DNA of 64,000 nucleotides from Gemmatimonadota bacterium (GTDB lineage: Bacteria > Gemmatimonadota > Gemmatimonadetes > Palauibacterales > Palauibacteraceae), in contig OY762926.1 in NCBI GenBank assembly GCA_963666735.1, forward strand, positions 1,280,001 to 1,344,000. Reading direction: 5' to 3'. Each line of letters starts with the position of its first letter. Position 1 is the first letter of the stretch. The translations under genes were made by a program, and so were the position numbers. A model generated the notes under the pieces. It had not been told where the DNA came from and ran no database searches. It was given only the letters and a program-made list of their open reading frames with translations. Shown in pieces: positions 41,385-54,525 of this stretch.

Positions 41385-42497
41385 TTGTCAACGGTTCTCG
41401 ACTCGCACGCCACCCATCTCAGTTTCCTGCTGGACGGGATCTGCCGTGCGATCCAGCTGACCGCGACCCAGCAGGAGGACGCCAAGCGAAAGTACGAAGC
41501 GGTGTCGAAGTGGCTTGCGGACCCCCACAGCGCGCTACAGCGATTCAATCCGCAGGTCTTTCCTCAGGGATCCGTCGCGATCGGTACCACAACGAAGCCT
41601 GTGGGGCGTGAGGACCACGATGTCGACTCCGTCGCGCTGCTCCACGGGAGCTTCGATGCGATGGAACTCTACGAGTTAGTCCATGATCGGCTCAGGGAGC
41701 ACGCGGATTACCGCCGGATCCTCGAGCCGAAGAAGCGCTGCCTTCGGCTGAACTACGCGGGAGACATTCATCTCGACGTGCTGCCAGCGCAGCCCCGTCG
41801 GTGGATCACCGAAACCGGACTGCTCGTGCCCGACCGGGAACTGCAGGACTGGTCTCCCAGCGATCCAAAGGGCTTCATCGCCTGGTTTGGCCACATCTCC
41901 CGCCGTCCATACCGGGAAATCAGACTCGGCGTCGAACCACTCCCCGAGCCCGAGGACGCCGACGCCAAGAGCCCGTTGCAGCGTGCCGTTCAGCTGCTGA
42001 AGCGTCGGCGCGACGTGTTCTTCAACGGCAATCAGGATGCCGCGCGGTCCATCGTCCTCACCACGCTCGCGGCCCGATCGCACGGAGGAGAACGAACTGA
42101 AATCGAAGCCCTCACGGCAGCACTCGATTCCATGGCCTCCGAGATATCGGCCAGCCCGGGAATCCTGGTGGTTCTAAACCCGACGCTACCCGACGAGAAT
42201 TTCGGCGATGGCTGGGATGCGAACTCATACGCGCAGTTCGAGCGGTTCGTGCGCAGTTTCCGGGACGAGGTCAGCAAGCTCCAAAGACTCTCTGGCCCCG
42301 ATCTTACGGCAGAACTGAGCCGGATGTTCGGCGAGCGGCCGGCGACCCGAGCCGCCGAGCAGTGGGGCGAGCACCTACGCCGCCAACGTGAAGCCAAGCG
42401 TCTGCACGTTAGTAGCATCGGCCTAGTGACAGCTGCCGGACGCGGGACACAACCCGTGCCGCCACACAACTTCTACGGCGGTGCGAGTAACCCGTGA
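41385..42497 (+). CDS. CBASS CD-NTase (cGAS/DncV-like; probably clade G)
   Basis: PQGSVAIGTT, HDVD, HLDVLPA, WSPSDPKGF, LQRAVQLLKRRRD, C-terminal HNFYGG; TTG start 7 nt after GAGGAGG (alternative TTG at 41379). Confidence 0.9.
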   Translation: MSTVLDSHATHLSFLLDGICRAIQLTATQQEDAKRKYEAVSKWLADPHSALQRFNPQVFPQGSVAIGTTTKPVGREDHDVDSVALLHGSFDAMELYELVHDRLREHADYRRILEPKKRCLRLNYAGDIHLDVLPAQPRRWITETGLLVPDRELQDWSPSDPKGFIAWFGHISRRPYREIRLGVEPLPEPEDADAKSPLQRAVQLLKRRRDVFFNGNQDAARSIVLTTLAARSHGGERTEIEALTAALDSMASEISASPGILVVLNPTLPDENFGDGWDANSYAQFERFVRSFRDEVSKLQRLSGPDLTAELSRMFGERPATRAAEQWGEHLRRQREAKRLHVSSIGLVTAAGRGTQPVPPHNFYGGASNP

Positions 42498-42946
42498 GGC
42501 GACGTCCGCCACGGTTCCGGCGCCGTAGTGTGGGATTGCACGAGCAGCGCGCCGCGATGCTGTATCGGTGGCCAGACTTCACATCCCATGTCGACGCGGG
42601 TCGTCTTACGTGCGAAGGGCGACTCCGTCCGACTCCGCTCGGTGCAAACTACCGTGTCCGAGTGCGATACACGGTGGGCCGACGCCCTCGAGCGTCGGTG
42701 CTCGATCCCCGGCTCCGTCGCCGAGAACAACAGCCACACGAACCGATCCCTCACACGTTCAATGATCGGTTTCCCGGCCGGGAGGAACCGTGCCTGCACT
42801 ACCGGGGCGAGTTTCGGTCGGATCGGCTGCTCGCCGGCACGATTCTACCCTGGTTCGCCGAATGGCTCGCTCACTACGAGATATGGCGCGCAACCGGAGT
42901 CTGGACGGGAGGGGGCGTGGAACACCGGAACGGAGCAAAGCACTGA
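42494..42946 (+). CDS. CBASS E2-like protein (type II short)
   Basis: GRLRPTPLGANYRVRVRY, IPH, PCL (candidate catalytic Cys), WLAHYEIWRATGVWTGGGVEH; GTGA overlap with the CD-NTase. Confidence 0.82.
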   Translation: MRRRPPRFRRRSVGLHEQRAAMLYRWPDFTSHVDAGRLTCEGRLRPTPLGANYRVRVRYTVGRRPRASVLDPRLRRREQQPHEPIPHTFNDRFPGREEPCLHYRGEFRSDRLLAGTILPWFAEWLAHYEIWRATGVWTGGGVEHRNGAKH

Positions 42947-43956
42947 GCGATCGGGCCTCGGGGCGTACTCGTCCGTTCGAACCGATTGGGGACCGTCGAT
43001 TCCGAATCCTGAGTCTCGACGGCGGTGGCATCAAAGGCACGTTCACGGCGTCCGTCTTGGCGACCATCGAGGAGATGACCGAGAAGAATGTAGCCGAGCA
43101 CTTCGACCTAGTCGTCGGGACTTCCACCGGCGGGATCATCGCACTGGCTCTGGGTCTCGGTCTCCCGGCCCACCGAATTCGGGATCTCTATGTGAAGGAC
43201 GGTCCGCAGATCTTCGGAGCGACGGGTGTTCGCGGATCGTTTCGCAGATTCTTCCGGGCGAAGCACGATTCGAGACGGCTGCGGGAGGCGCTCAATGGGG
43301 AGTTTGGCGCTTGCCGATTCGGTGAGTCCACGACTCGCTTGGTGATTCCCTCGTTCAATGTCGTGTCCGGCGATGTACATCTGTTCAAGACCTCCCATCA
43401 TCCTCGCTTCAAGCGTGACTATCTCTGGAAGGTGAAGGACGTGGCGATGGCCACCTCCGCAGCCCCGACATACTTCTCGATCTTCCATCATGAGGCATCC
43501 GGTCTCCGGCTCGTTGATGGCGGGGTGTGGGCGAACAATCCGGTCGCGGTTGGCGTGAACGAGGCAATCGGCGTGCTCAGGTGCGCACTCGATGGCATCG
43601 AAGTCCTCAGCATTGGCACGACGGGGGCTCCGTTTCACATCAAGCCGAAGAAGCGACATGGCGGCCTACTCGGATGGGGGCGTAGTTCGATCCGGCTTCT
43701 GATGGAGGCCCAAACGCAGGGCATGGCTGGACTCGCGCACGCAATCACACAGCATGATCAGCGGCTACTCCGAGTCGATCCGACGGTCGCGCCGGGGCGA
43801 TTCTCCTTGGACGATCCGAAGCAGATCTCGGAACTCAGGGCGGTTGGGGAGGAGGCGGCGAGACACGCGGAGCGGCGAGTCAATGAACGCTTCCTTGACG
43901 AGCCCGCCCCGGCCTTCGAGCCCTATCGAGTTCTTTCGACCGAGGCCCGAAGCTGA
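42943..43956 (+). CDS. capV: CBASS patatin-like phospholipase effector (CapV-like)
   Basis: LSLDGGGIKG, GTSTGG, LFKTSH, TSAAPTYF, DGGVWANNP; probable CTG start overlapping the E2 stop. Confidence 0.87.
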   Translation: MSDRASGRTRPFEPIGDRRFRILSLDGGGIKGTFTASVLATIEEMTEKNVAEHFDLVVGTSTGGIIALALGLGLPAHRIRDLYVKDGPQIFGATGVRGSFRRFFRAKHDSRRLREALNGEFGACRFGESTTRLVIPSFNVVSGDVHLFKTSHHPRFKRDYLWKVKDVAMATSAAPTYFSIFHHEASGLRLVDGGVWANNPVAVGVNEAIGVLRCALDGIEVLSIGTTGAPFHIKPKKRHGGLLGWGRSSIRLLMEAQTQGMAGLAHAITQHDQRLLRVDPTVAPGRFSLDDPKQISELRAVGEEAARHAERRVNERFLDEPAPAFEPYRVLSTEARS

Positions 43957-44038
43957 TCGGGCCAGACGTTCAGACGACCTGTATGCCGATCGTGGCGAGG
44001 ATGTCTTGGATGTAGGTGTTCCGGTCCTCTTGAAAGAA

Positions 44039-45430
44039 GGTTCTTCGCTGTTTCAGGTGGGTAGTTTGAAGTCGAGTTTGCCGCACACGAGATAGGCGAT
44101 GGTGATGAAGTTCTCGGCGGTTCGATAGCCCCGGGCCCTGGCCTTGGCGGCCTGGACGAGCGAGTTGATGCCCTCGATCATGCCGTTGGTGATCCTCGAG
44201 CGGAACCAGAGGAGGATGCCGTCCCGGTGCTTCCCGATCGTCTTCGCCGCGTCGATGACGGGTTGGAGATCGCTCTTGCCGGCCCGGAAACACCATCTCT
44301 CGAGGTAGACGCCGGCCAGCCGGGGCGGGAGATCCCAGAACGCCTCGAAGGCGAGCTTGAACCGGTAGGCGAGAGCCGTCTTCAGGTTCCGCCGCGACGG
44401 ATCGAGCAGTTCGCCGATCCACTCGCGCTGGGAGGCGGTGAGCCCGCCGCGCCTCTTGAGCCACAGGTAGCGGGTGCGGTTCAGCTCGGGGCGCTCCCTG
44501 CGCTCGGCCCGCCTAACCTCGTCCACCGCCCGGTTCATGAGCCGCTGGACGTGGAAACGGTCGAAGGTGATCCCGGCCTCCGGGAACGCCTCCCGCGCCC
44601 CCTTCATGTACGCCGCCGACATGTCCATGCAGAGATCCCGGACGCTCCCGGCCCGGCCCCCGTGCGCCTCGAGGTCCTCCCGGAACAGGCTCACGACCGA
44701 GGCGTCGCGCCCCGGCGTCGCGTACAGCAGCCGCGAACGGTCCAGGTCGGCGAACAGCGTGATGTAGTCGTGGCCCCGCCGGCACGCCGTCTCGTCCACG
44801 GCCACCGCGCGCACCGACGAGAAGTCCGCCTCCGCCCGCGCCCGTCCCACGTGGCGCTTCAGAAGCCGCCACAGCCGCGTGTCGTGCTCGCCCACCAGCC
44901 GGGCCACCGCCCTGACCGGCATCTCCCGCGCCAGGGCCACCACCAGAGCCTCGAACCACAGCGTGAAGCCCGAACCCGGCTCCGCCCACGGCACCCTCGC
45001 CCGCCTCACTCCGCACGCCGGACACCTCACCCTCGGCACCCGCGCGTGCAGGTAGGCCCGGTGCTGAAAGAAGTCCAGGTGCCGCCAGCGCTTCGGGCTC
45101 GAGTCGTGCGCCTTGCAGCCCCCGCGCCCACACGAGCGGCAGTCGAACGTCCCGCCCGGGCTCGAAGTCCAGATGCAGGTCCAAGCGGCGCTCCGCCGCG
45201 TCGAACTCCGTCCGCTTCACCCGCCACGGCCACTCGAGTCCCAGCGCCCGCTCGAACAGTCCCCGCTCCGCCATGCCGCCGTCCCGCCCGGCCGCTCCGA
45301 GTCCCCCAACCGCCCCCGGCCGGCCCCGGAGACCACCGGGCGCGTCACGGACCCGCGAGGGCACCCGACGGCCACCGCCGCCGGCCCCGCCACTCTACCA
45401 CCCCTCATCCACCCCGAACAGCGAAGAGCC
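44039..45430 (-). mobile_element. ISL3-family insertion sequence
   Basis: IRs GGTTCTTCGCTGTTT / GGCTCTTCGCTGTTC; 8-bp target duplication TGAAAGAA (44031-38 and 45431-38). Confidence 0.93.
44053..45274 (-). pseudogene. ISL3 transposase with a +1 frameshift near 45155
   Basis: N-terminal MAERGLFERALGL...FEPG in one frame; FDCRSCG...RCPACG, VDETA, CMDMS, FDRFH, TNGMIEGIN in the other. Confidence 0.88.
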
Positions 45431-45841
45431 TGAAAGAAGGTGTTCCGCTTGCTGAGACCCACCTTGGTGTCGCCCCAGAGGTTTCTTATCTCCGCGTAAG
45501 TCGTTACCGACACGATGAAAAAATCCAGCGTGGCGGTGGGGTCGCCGAGGCGCCGCTCGATCCCCTTGATCTTCTGGTGGAACCGGACCTTCGGGCCGTA
45601 AGGCGCTTCTTGACGCAGCCCCTTCGGATCGATGAACGCGATCCGCTGGCGGCCTTCGCCGGCGGTCCAAAGGACGAAATCCGGGTGGAAGTTCGAGGTC
45701 TCGAAGAAGCTCACGCCGCGCCTGCAACTCATGTTCCGCATGAGCTGAAGGTCCGTGCTTTCGAGTCGATCTCGGTTATCCGCGCAGAACCGCTCCAGAT
45801 CTTGGACGAGCGTGTACTCCCCGCGTTTAGGTGGAGGGGGC

Positions 45842-46104
45842 GGCACGATGTCGTCGGCGATCCCTCCTTCGGCGACGCCATCCTCGACCGCCTCCTCAAC
45901 AACGCTCACAGGATCACCCTCAAGGGCGCTTCCATGACGAGGCTCTACGACTCGACGAAGGCCGGTACAAGCCGGTAGACTCCAACCCTCGAGCCCGACA
46001 CCCCGGCCCCGTCATGACCCTCCGCTCCTCCAAGGTGATCGGCATGCGTCGGAATCACCGATTCGGCTTGCCGGAATCGGTGGTCGGCATCGTCGGAATA
46101 CGCA
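45842..46104 (+). mobile_element. IS21-family right-end remnant (istB 3' fragment plus IR)
   Basis: GDPSFGDAILDRLLNNAHRITLKGASM* followed by three tandem TCGGC...CGGAAT repeats ending GGAATACGCA. Confidence 0.82.
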
Positions 46105-46190
46105 CGACCGCTCCCTGGCGCTACGGATCGGAGCAGTACAGATTATTACGTTTGCGATGTTCACCATGAGATGCCAAGAACGTTACCAAG

Positions 46191-47189
46191 ATGATATTTC
46201 GACACCCAGACATACCAGAACTTACAAGCAGATGTCGGCAGGGAACCGTCATTCTCGTATCGGCCCCTTTCTACAGTGAGGAGGGGTTACAGTGGATCTT
46301 GCCGTCGAATGAGAGCGCCGTTGAGTTCTGGACCCGACTCAACCCACACGATTGGGCGGTCGGTGTGTCCGATCCTCCAGCCCTCTTACGGTATCTTGAC
46401 GAAATAGGCGAAGATCGTGTTTCTCTGCGGGTTCACCGAGCTTTGCACGCTAAGATCTATCAGGTTGACGGGGACTGGGCGTGGATCGGCTCTCCTAACC
46501 TTACACGATCTGCGTTTACGAGCAACATTGAATTGGTTGCCGAATTGGACGCTGCGGAAAGCAGGCTCCTTGAGAACTTTGTCGAAGATCTTCGCAGTAG
46601 TTTGAAGGAGATATCTCTCGCAACCCTTCGCTCCTTTATCGACGTTACGAAGGATGCAATCGACCAGTTCGACGATGCTCGTTTTTTCGAGACTGAAGAT
46701 TTCAAAGCAGCCGTCGCTTTGGCGGACGAAGTCCTTGCTCCCAATCCAACGCTTCGGCCTTCCGACAAGTTACCTGCTCTCGAGGATTTCGTCGCTTTCA
46801 TCGAGCCGCTGCGTGGCGACGTGCCGAGCGTTGTCAGGGATCACCATAGCAACGAAAGTGGCCAGAATAGGCAGGGGCACGTTAGGCAATCCTACTACGC
46901 GTTATTTCTATTTCTTACCAATCCAAGAGGAAGTCGACTCGTTGAGGAGCTCGGGATGTGTGACCTAGATGTATATCCCACCTTACCTCCAGATTTTTTG
47001 AACACCTGGGTTCGTTTTCTCGACGATAACGCCTCGCACCACAATGATCATATCGGATACTCGTTTTCCGTTCTCCGCAATATACTTCCAGAACGTATGG
47101 GAGGATATCTCACGGCTGGAGGGGGAGCAATCGGCACCTTTACGCGCATGGTGCCACTCGTTGCACGCTTTTGCGTGAGTAAACACTGA
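46191..47189 (+). CDS. Phospholipase D-family (single HKD) putative nuclease
   Basis: VSAPF, LHAKIYQVD...IGSPNLT...NIEL; lower GC; unrecognised C-terminal domain. Confidence 0.8.
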   Translation: MIFRHPDIPELTSRCRQGTVILVSAPFYSEEGLQWILPSNESAVEFWTRLNPHDWAVGVSDPPALLRYLDEIGEDRVSLRVHRALHAKIYQVDGDWAWIGSPNLTRSAFTSNIELVAELDAAESRLLENFVEDLRSSLKEISLATLRSFIDVTKDAIDQFDDARFFETEDFKAAVALADEVLAPNPTLRPSDKLPALEDFVAFIEPLRGDVPSVVRDHHSNESGQNRQGHVRQSYYALFLFLTNPRGSRLVEELGMCDLDVYPTLPPDFLNTWVRFLDDNASHHNDHIGYSFSVLRNILPERMGGYLTAGGGAIGTFTRMVPLVARFCVSKH

Positions 47190-47228
47190 ATGCGTCCGAT
47201 CCCAATGCGTGAGGCTGATTCGTCGATT

Positions 47229-50200
47229 TCATGAAGCGGGCACGCCGATGGCCGTGAGGATGTCACTGATGTAGGTGGCGCGATCCTCCTGGAAGAAGAT
47301 GTTACGCTTGGCAAGATCCGTCTTGTTCTCGCTCCACAGGTTCTTGAGGTCGGCGAACGACGTGACCGAGACGATGCACGAGTCCAACGTGACGGTGGGG
47401 TCGCCAAGCCGCCGTTCAATCTCTTTGATCTTCTCATGGAACCGGACCTTTGGGCCGTGCGGCGGCTCCTGCCTCATCCCCTTCGGATCGATGAACGCAA
47501 TGCGCTGGCAGCCCCTCCCCGTCGCCCAGAGGATGAAATCCGGATGGAAGTTGGAGGCCTCGAAGAAACTCAGACCGCGCCCGCGGCTCATGTTCCGCAT
47601 AAGATGAAGATTTATGCCATCCAGTCGGTCTCGGTTGTCCGCACAGAACCGCTCCAGATCCTGAACGAAGGTGTACTCGCCGCAGTTGAGTGGAGCAGGC
47701 GATACCCTAGCCAAGCTGTTGTTCGTCGTCGAAAGGAGAGGTCGGTAGAGATGGCGATCAAATGATATCGTCCTCACGTCGCCGTGTTGGTGCGGGTCGC
47801 GACGGCCGGCTTCCGCGTCTTCGATGAGCTGATCGATGGCCGCTGCAATCTCCGCGTCGGCCTCCGCATCTCCAGATCTGCCAATCTCGATCTCGTACCC
47901 CGTCTTGAGGGCCTCTTGGATGGCCACCGCCGGATAGCTGGGGTCGTCATAGTCCAGATCGCGATACTCGAGGTGTCGTGCCTCCCACGCCTGGCGACTC
48001 GCCGCGTAGAAGCGCGCCGCGTACTTCTTGAGTAGAGCGAGAGTGATGTCGCGCCAGACGCGGACCTTCCCGTAGTCGTCGAATTCCAGCTCGAGCGCAG
48101 GAATGCGGAGCCGATACCAGCTGGAGCCCACCTCGCCGCTGTCGTCAAGAAGCGCACGAATCGCTTCTTGGGATACGGTCAGATTGTGCCAACCCCGCTC
48201 CACCTTATGGCGTTGCAGGTCGATAAATAGTTCGTCCAAGTCGAGATGTTCGACGTGCCTGCGCGTGAGCAGCCCTTGGTGCGGCGCCTCTCGCACGGAC
48301 TCTCCTCCGGCTCCTTCTGAGCGGCGCACACGAATCTTCGGATACCAATCGACGACGACCGGATGCCGCAACAGGTAGGTATCAACTTCGGGGGAAGCAC
48401 CGGCACCCGGGGGCCGCAGTATGGCGTTCGGGCCGATCCTCGTGAAGGCGCTCGCGGGGTCCGTTCCCGCCACGGTTTCCTTGAGGCGGATCACCTTCAG
48501 CGCGGGTGCAGGGAGCGGTTCCAGTGTGACGGGTACGAAGCGGGGCTTCCGCTCGGTGTCAAGCCCTTCCTCCTCCAGAATGGCTCTGAACTGCGCCATG
48601 TAGTTGGCCCGTACGCCGAAGACTTGGAGAGTTTCCAAGGGGTTCAGGGAAACCGGCGGCTTTCCGAGAGCAGGCCCGAGCCGGGAACTACGCTTCAACG
48701 TCCAGTCCCGACCCTTGAGCCGGACGCCGCGGCCGAACAACTGAATGATCGTCGCCCCCTCGGTGCTCCCCACACGCATAAGGCCCATGGAACTAACGCG
48801 CCAGCTGTTCCAACCTTCGTTGAACTTCTTCGCGCCCACGAGGAGGTTCACCGTCGAATCGTCGTTGTTGATGCCGTGGAAGAGGGAGCCGGCGAACTGC
48901 CCGTCCACAACACGGAAACCCAACCCATCGAGGTGCTTGGCCAGCTTCGCGGGATCCCCCACGTTGATGACGCCGAACGGCTCATTGTCTCCGACGGTCA
49001 GCGCCAATTCTCCCTGTGCGCCCTCAAGGCGCGCGATGTGAAGCGATCCGCCGTCCGGAGCGTTGAAGAGGAGTTGGAGGGTCTCATCATAGACTGCATC
49101 CGCCGACAAGCCCTTCGACTTGAGCGCGACGAACTGCCCCTTGAACAGATCTTTCCCTTCGCTCGCGACCAGCCCGTCTGCCAGTATCTCGCGGATGCGG
49201 CTGACCACCGAAACGCGGTCCGATACGTAGTTGGCCAAGAACCCTAGTATATCCGCGATATCTGAGGCTTCCTTCGTGCTGAACCCGGCCACAACCCGGC
49301 TGCCGACGAACACCCACAGGGGGCGTTCAAGGTTGTACGGTCGCAGGGCAGAGCCACCCTCGCGGAAGAGGTGCTGCTGCTGAAAGAACGTTAGCAGCGC
49401 GGCGGTCAGGTACTTCGTGCGCCAAAGCTCGTTGCCGCGCTCCTGGCCCGGTTTTTCCTCCAGATTGAAGATCTTGAAGTCCTTGCCAAAGCCATCGTCG
49501 TGGAACCAGCGATACGAGTAATCGAACAGCGTCGCGCGGGCGTAACGGTCCGTCAGATCCCTGTTCCCCTTGACGGCCTGGGCAAAGGTCGCGGAGTACT
49601 CGAACGAGAACCCGTCGGCGCACAACTCGTCCCGCCTCCGAATCCACGCACCTGCCCTGCCCGACGAGGCCCCCCGGTGCCCCTCGTCAACGAGGACGAG
49701 GTTGTTGCCCTCGAACGCCTCGACCGGAACTGTCTTCTCGCCCCTACCGGCATCCCTGTCGTTCTCGTCCCGAAGCTTGTGCACATCCAGCACCTCGACC
49801 ACGGCCCCCGACAACAGACTGCCGTTCCTGTTGAACAATTCGGCGTTGATTCCGGCCGCTCGAAACTCCCGGATATGCTGCCGGGAGAGGCCCTCGTTCG
49901 GCGTAAGAAGGATCATGCGGTTCAGCGTGTGGATACGCCCGCCGGCCTTGAGGTGCCGCCGGTACTGGAGGATGTTGGCGTGCATGAGCAGCGTCTTGCC
50001 ACTGCCCGTCGCCATCTGGAACGCCACCTTGTTGAGTTGCGTGGCCGGATCCCCGTCCGGGTTGAACGCCGCGACTCGCTCGGCCTCCGGCAGAGATGCA
50101 TTGAACTGCTCCGCGTGGGACGCGAGTTCCGCTAGCAGCCCCGCCGGGTCCTCGAAGTACCGATCCAAGTAGATCTCCGTGAAGAGCAGCGACAGGTACT

Positions 50201-50525
50201 GGAAGTACTTCCACTTCAGCTCCGGCTCGCCTCGCTTGATACGCGGACGGTTAAGCCGTTGCGTGACTCCGACGATTGTCTGGTCATGCTCCAAGAGCCG
50301 GTCGTCCGGGAGCAAGGATCGCTGTTGCTCGGGTACATGCAGGCGCAGTGCTCGGTGCAGGCGGTGCACGTTGTCGGCATCCAATCCCTCAAGCGCCTCG
50401 TCTCGTAGATTGGCGGCCAACTGGTCGAAGGTCTCGCAACCAAACAGGCCAAGCAGCCACCGGTGGACGACGAGCTTGCGCGAGAAGGGGAGACGCGGCC
50501 TGGTCACGCGCCGTCCAGGCGTCAA
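47229..50525 (-). CDS. res: Type III restriction-modification Res subunit (SF2 helicase plus PD-(D/E)xK nuclease)
   Basis: MATGSGKT, VDEGH, YSATF, EGW, QLFGRGVRL, FHPDF...FIDPKG. Confidence 0.92.
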   Translation of the reverse strand: MTPGRRVTRPRLPFSRKLVVHRWLLGLFGCETFDQLAANLRDEALEGLDADNVHRLHRALRLHVPEQQRSLLPDDRLLEHDQTIVGVTQRLNRPRIKRGEPELKWKYFQYLSLLFTEIYLDRYFEDPAGLLAELASHAEQFNASLPEAERVAAFNPDGDPATQLNKVAFQMATGSGKTLLMHANILQYRRHLKAGGRIHTLNRMILLTPNEGLSRQHIREFRAAGINAELFNRNGSLLSGAVVEVLDVHKLRDENDRDAGRGEKTVPVEAFEGNNLVLVDEGHRGASSGRAGAWIRRRDELCADGFSFEYSATFAQAVKGNRDLTDRYARATLFDYSYRWFHDDGFGKDFKIFNLEEKPGQERGNELWRTKYLTAALLTFFQQQHLFREGGSALRPYNLERPLWVFVGSRVVAGFSTKEASDIADILGFLANYVSDRVSVVSRIREILADGLVASEGKDLFKGQFVALKSKGLSADAVYDETLQLLFNAPDGGSLHIARLEGAQGELALTVGDNEPFGVINVGDPAKLAKHLDGLGFRVVDGQFAGSLFHGINNDDSTVNLLVGAKKFNEGWNSWRVSSMGLMRVGSTEGATIIQLFGRGVRLKGRDWTLKRSSRLGPALGKPPVSLNPLETLQVFGVRANYMAQFRAILEEEGLDTERKPRFVPVTLEPLPAPALKVIRLKETVAGTDPASAFTRIGPNAILRPPGAGASPEVDTYLLRHPVVVDWYPKIRVRRSEGAGGESVREAPHQGLLTRRHVEHLDLDELFIDLQRHKVERGWHNLTVSQEAIRALLDDSGEVGSSWYRLRIPALELEFDDYGKVRVWRDITLALLKKYAARFYAASRQAWEARHLEYRDLDYDDPSYPAVAIQEALKTGYEIEIGRSGDAEADAEIAAAIDQLIEDAEAGRRDPHQHGDVRTISFDRHLYRPLLSTTNNSLARVSPAPLNCGEYTFVQDLERFCADNRDRLDGINLHLMRNMSRGRGLSFFEASNFHPDFILWATGRGCQRIAFIDPKGMRQEPPHGPKVRFHEKIKEIERRLGDPTVTLDSCIVSVTSFADLKNLWSENKTDLAKRNIFFQEDRATYISDILTAIGVPAS

Positions 50526-50794
50526 CGGTCGTCCCTTCGCCCGCCCGCAGTCACGCGGCGGTTGGCCCTATCGATGTAGGTCCGCATTCCCTCGTTCCTC
50601 CCGCCCAAACTGGCATCCCGCCGCTCGCACACATCAATGGCGCGGCCCAACACCTTCCGGTCGACCATCTCTTGGTCCTCCAACAACGGCGAGGGATTTG
50701 AGCGCGATGCCAACGCCGCCGTACACCTACCTACCGGTTGCTTCCACGTCTCGATCTCCTCAGCAATCTCCTCATCGGCGAAAGTCACCGACAT
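50522..50794 (-). pseudogene. Short ORF between mod and res, probably a deletion remnant
   Basis: RBS-like GGGG before ATG, TTGA overlap with res; C-terminal EDQEMVDRKVLGRAIDVCE is reminiscent of DUF1828/1829-like C-termini. Confidence 0.4.
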
Positions 50795-50816
50795 GATCCC
50801 CTAGTAACCTCCCCCG

Positions 50817-54515
<3,699 letters not shown>

Positions 54516-54525
54516 ACGGGCGGTC

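Larger units (their letters stand above)
43970..45841 (-). pseudogene. Orphan 3' end (nuclease domain) of a type III res gene, split by ISL3
   Basis: EYTLVQDLERFCADNRDRL...FHPDFVLW...FIDPKG...KRNTFFQ | EDRNTYIQDILATIGIQVV* aligns with the C-terminus of 47229-50525. Confidence 0.88.
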
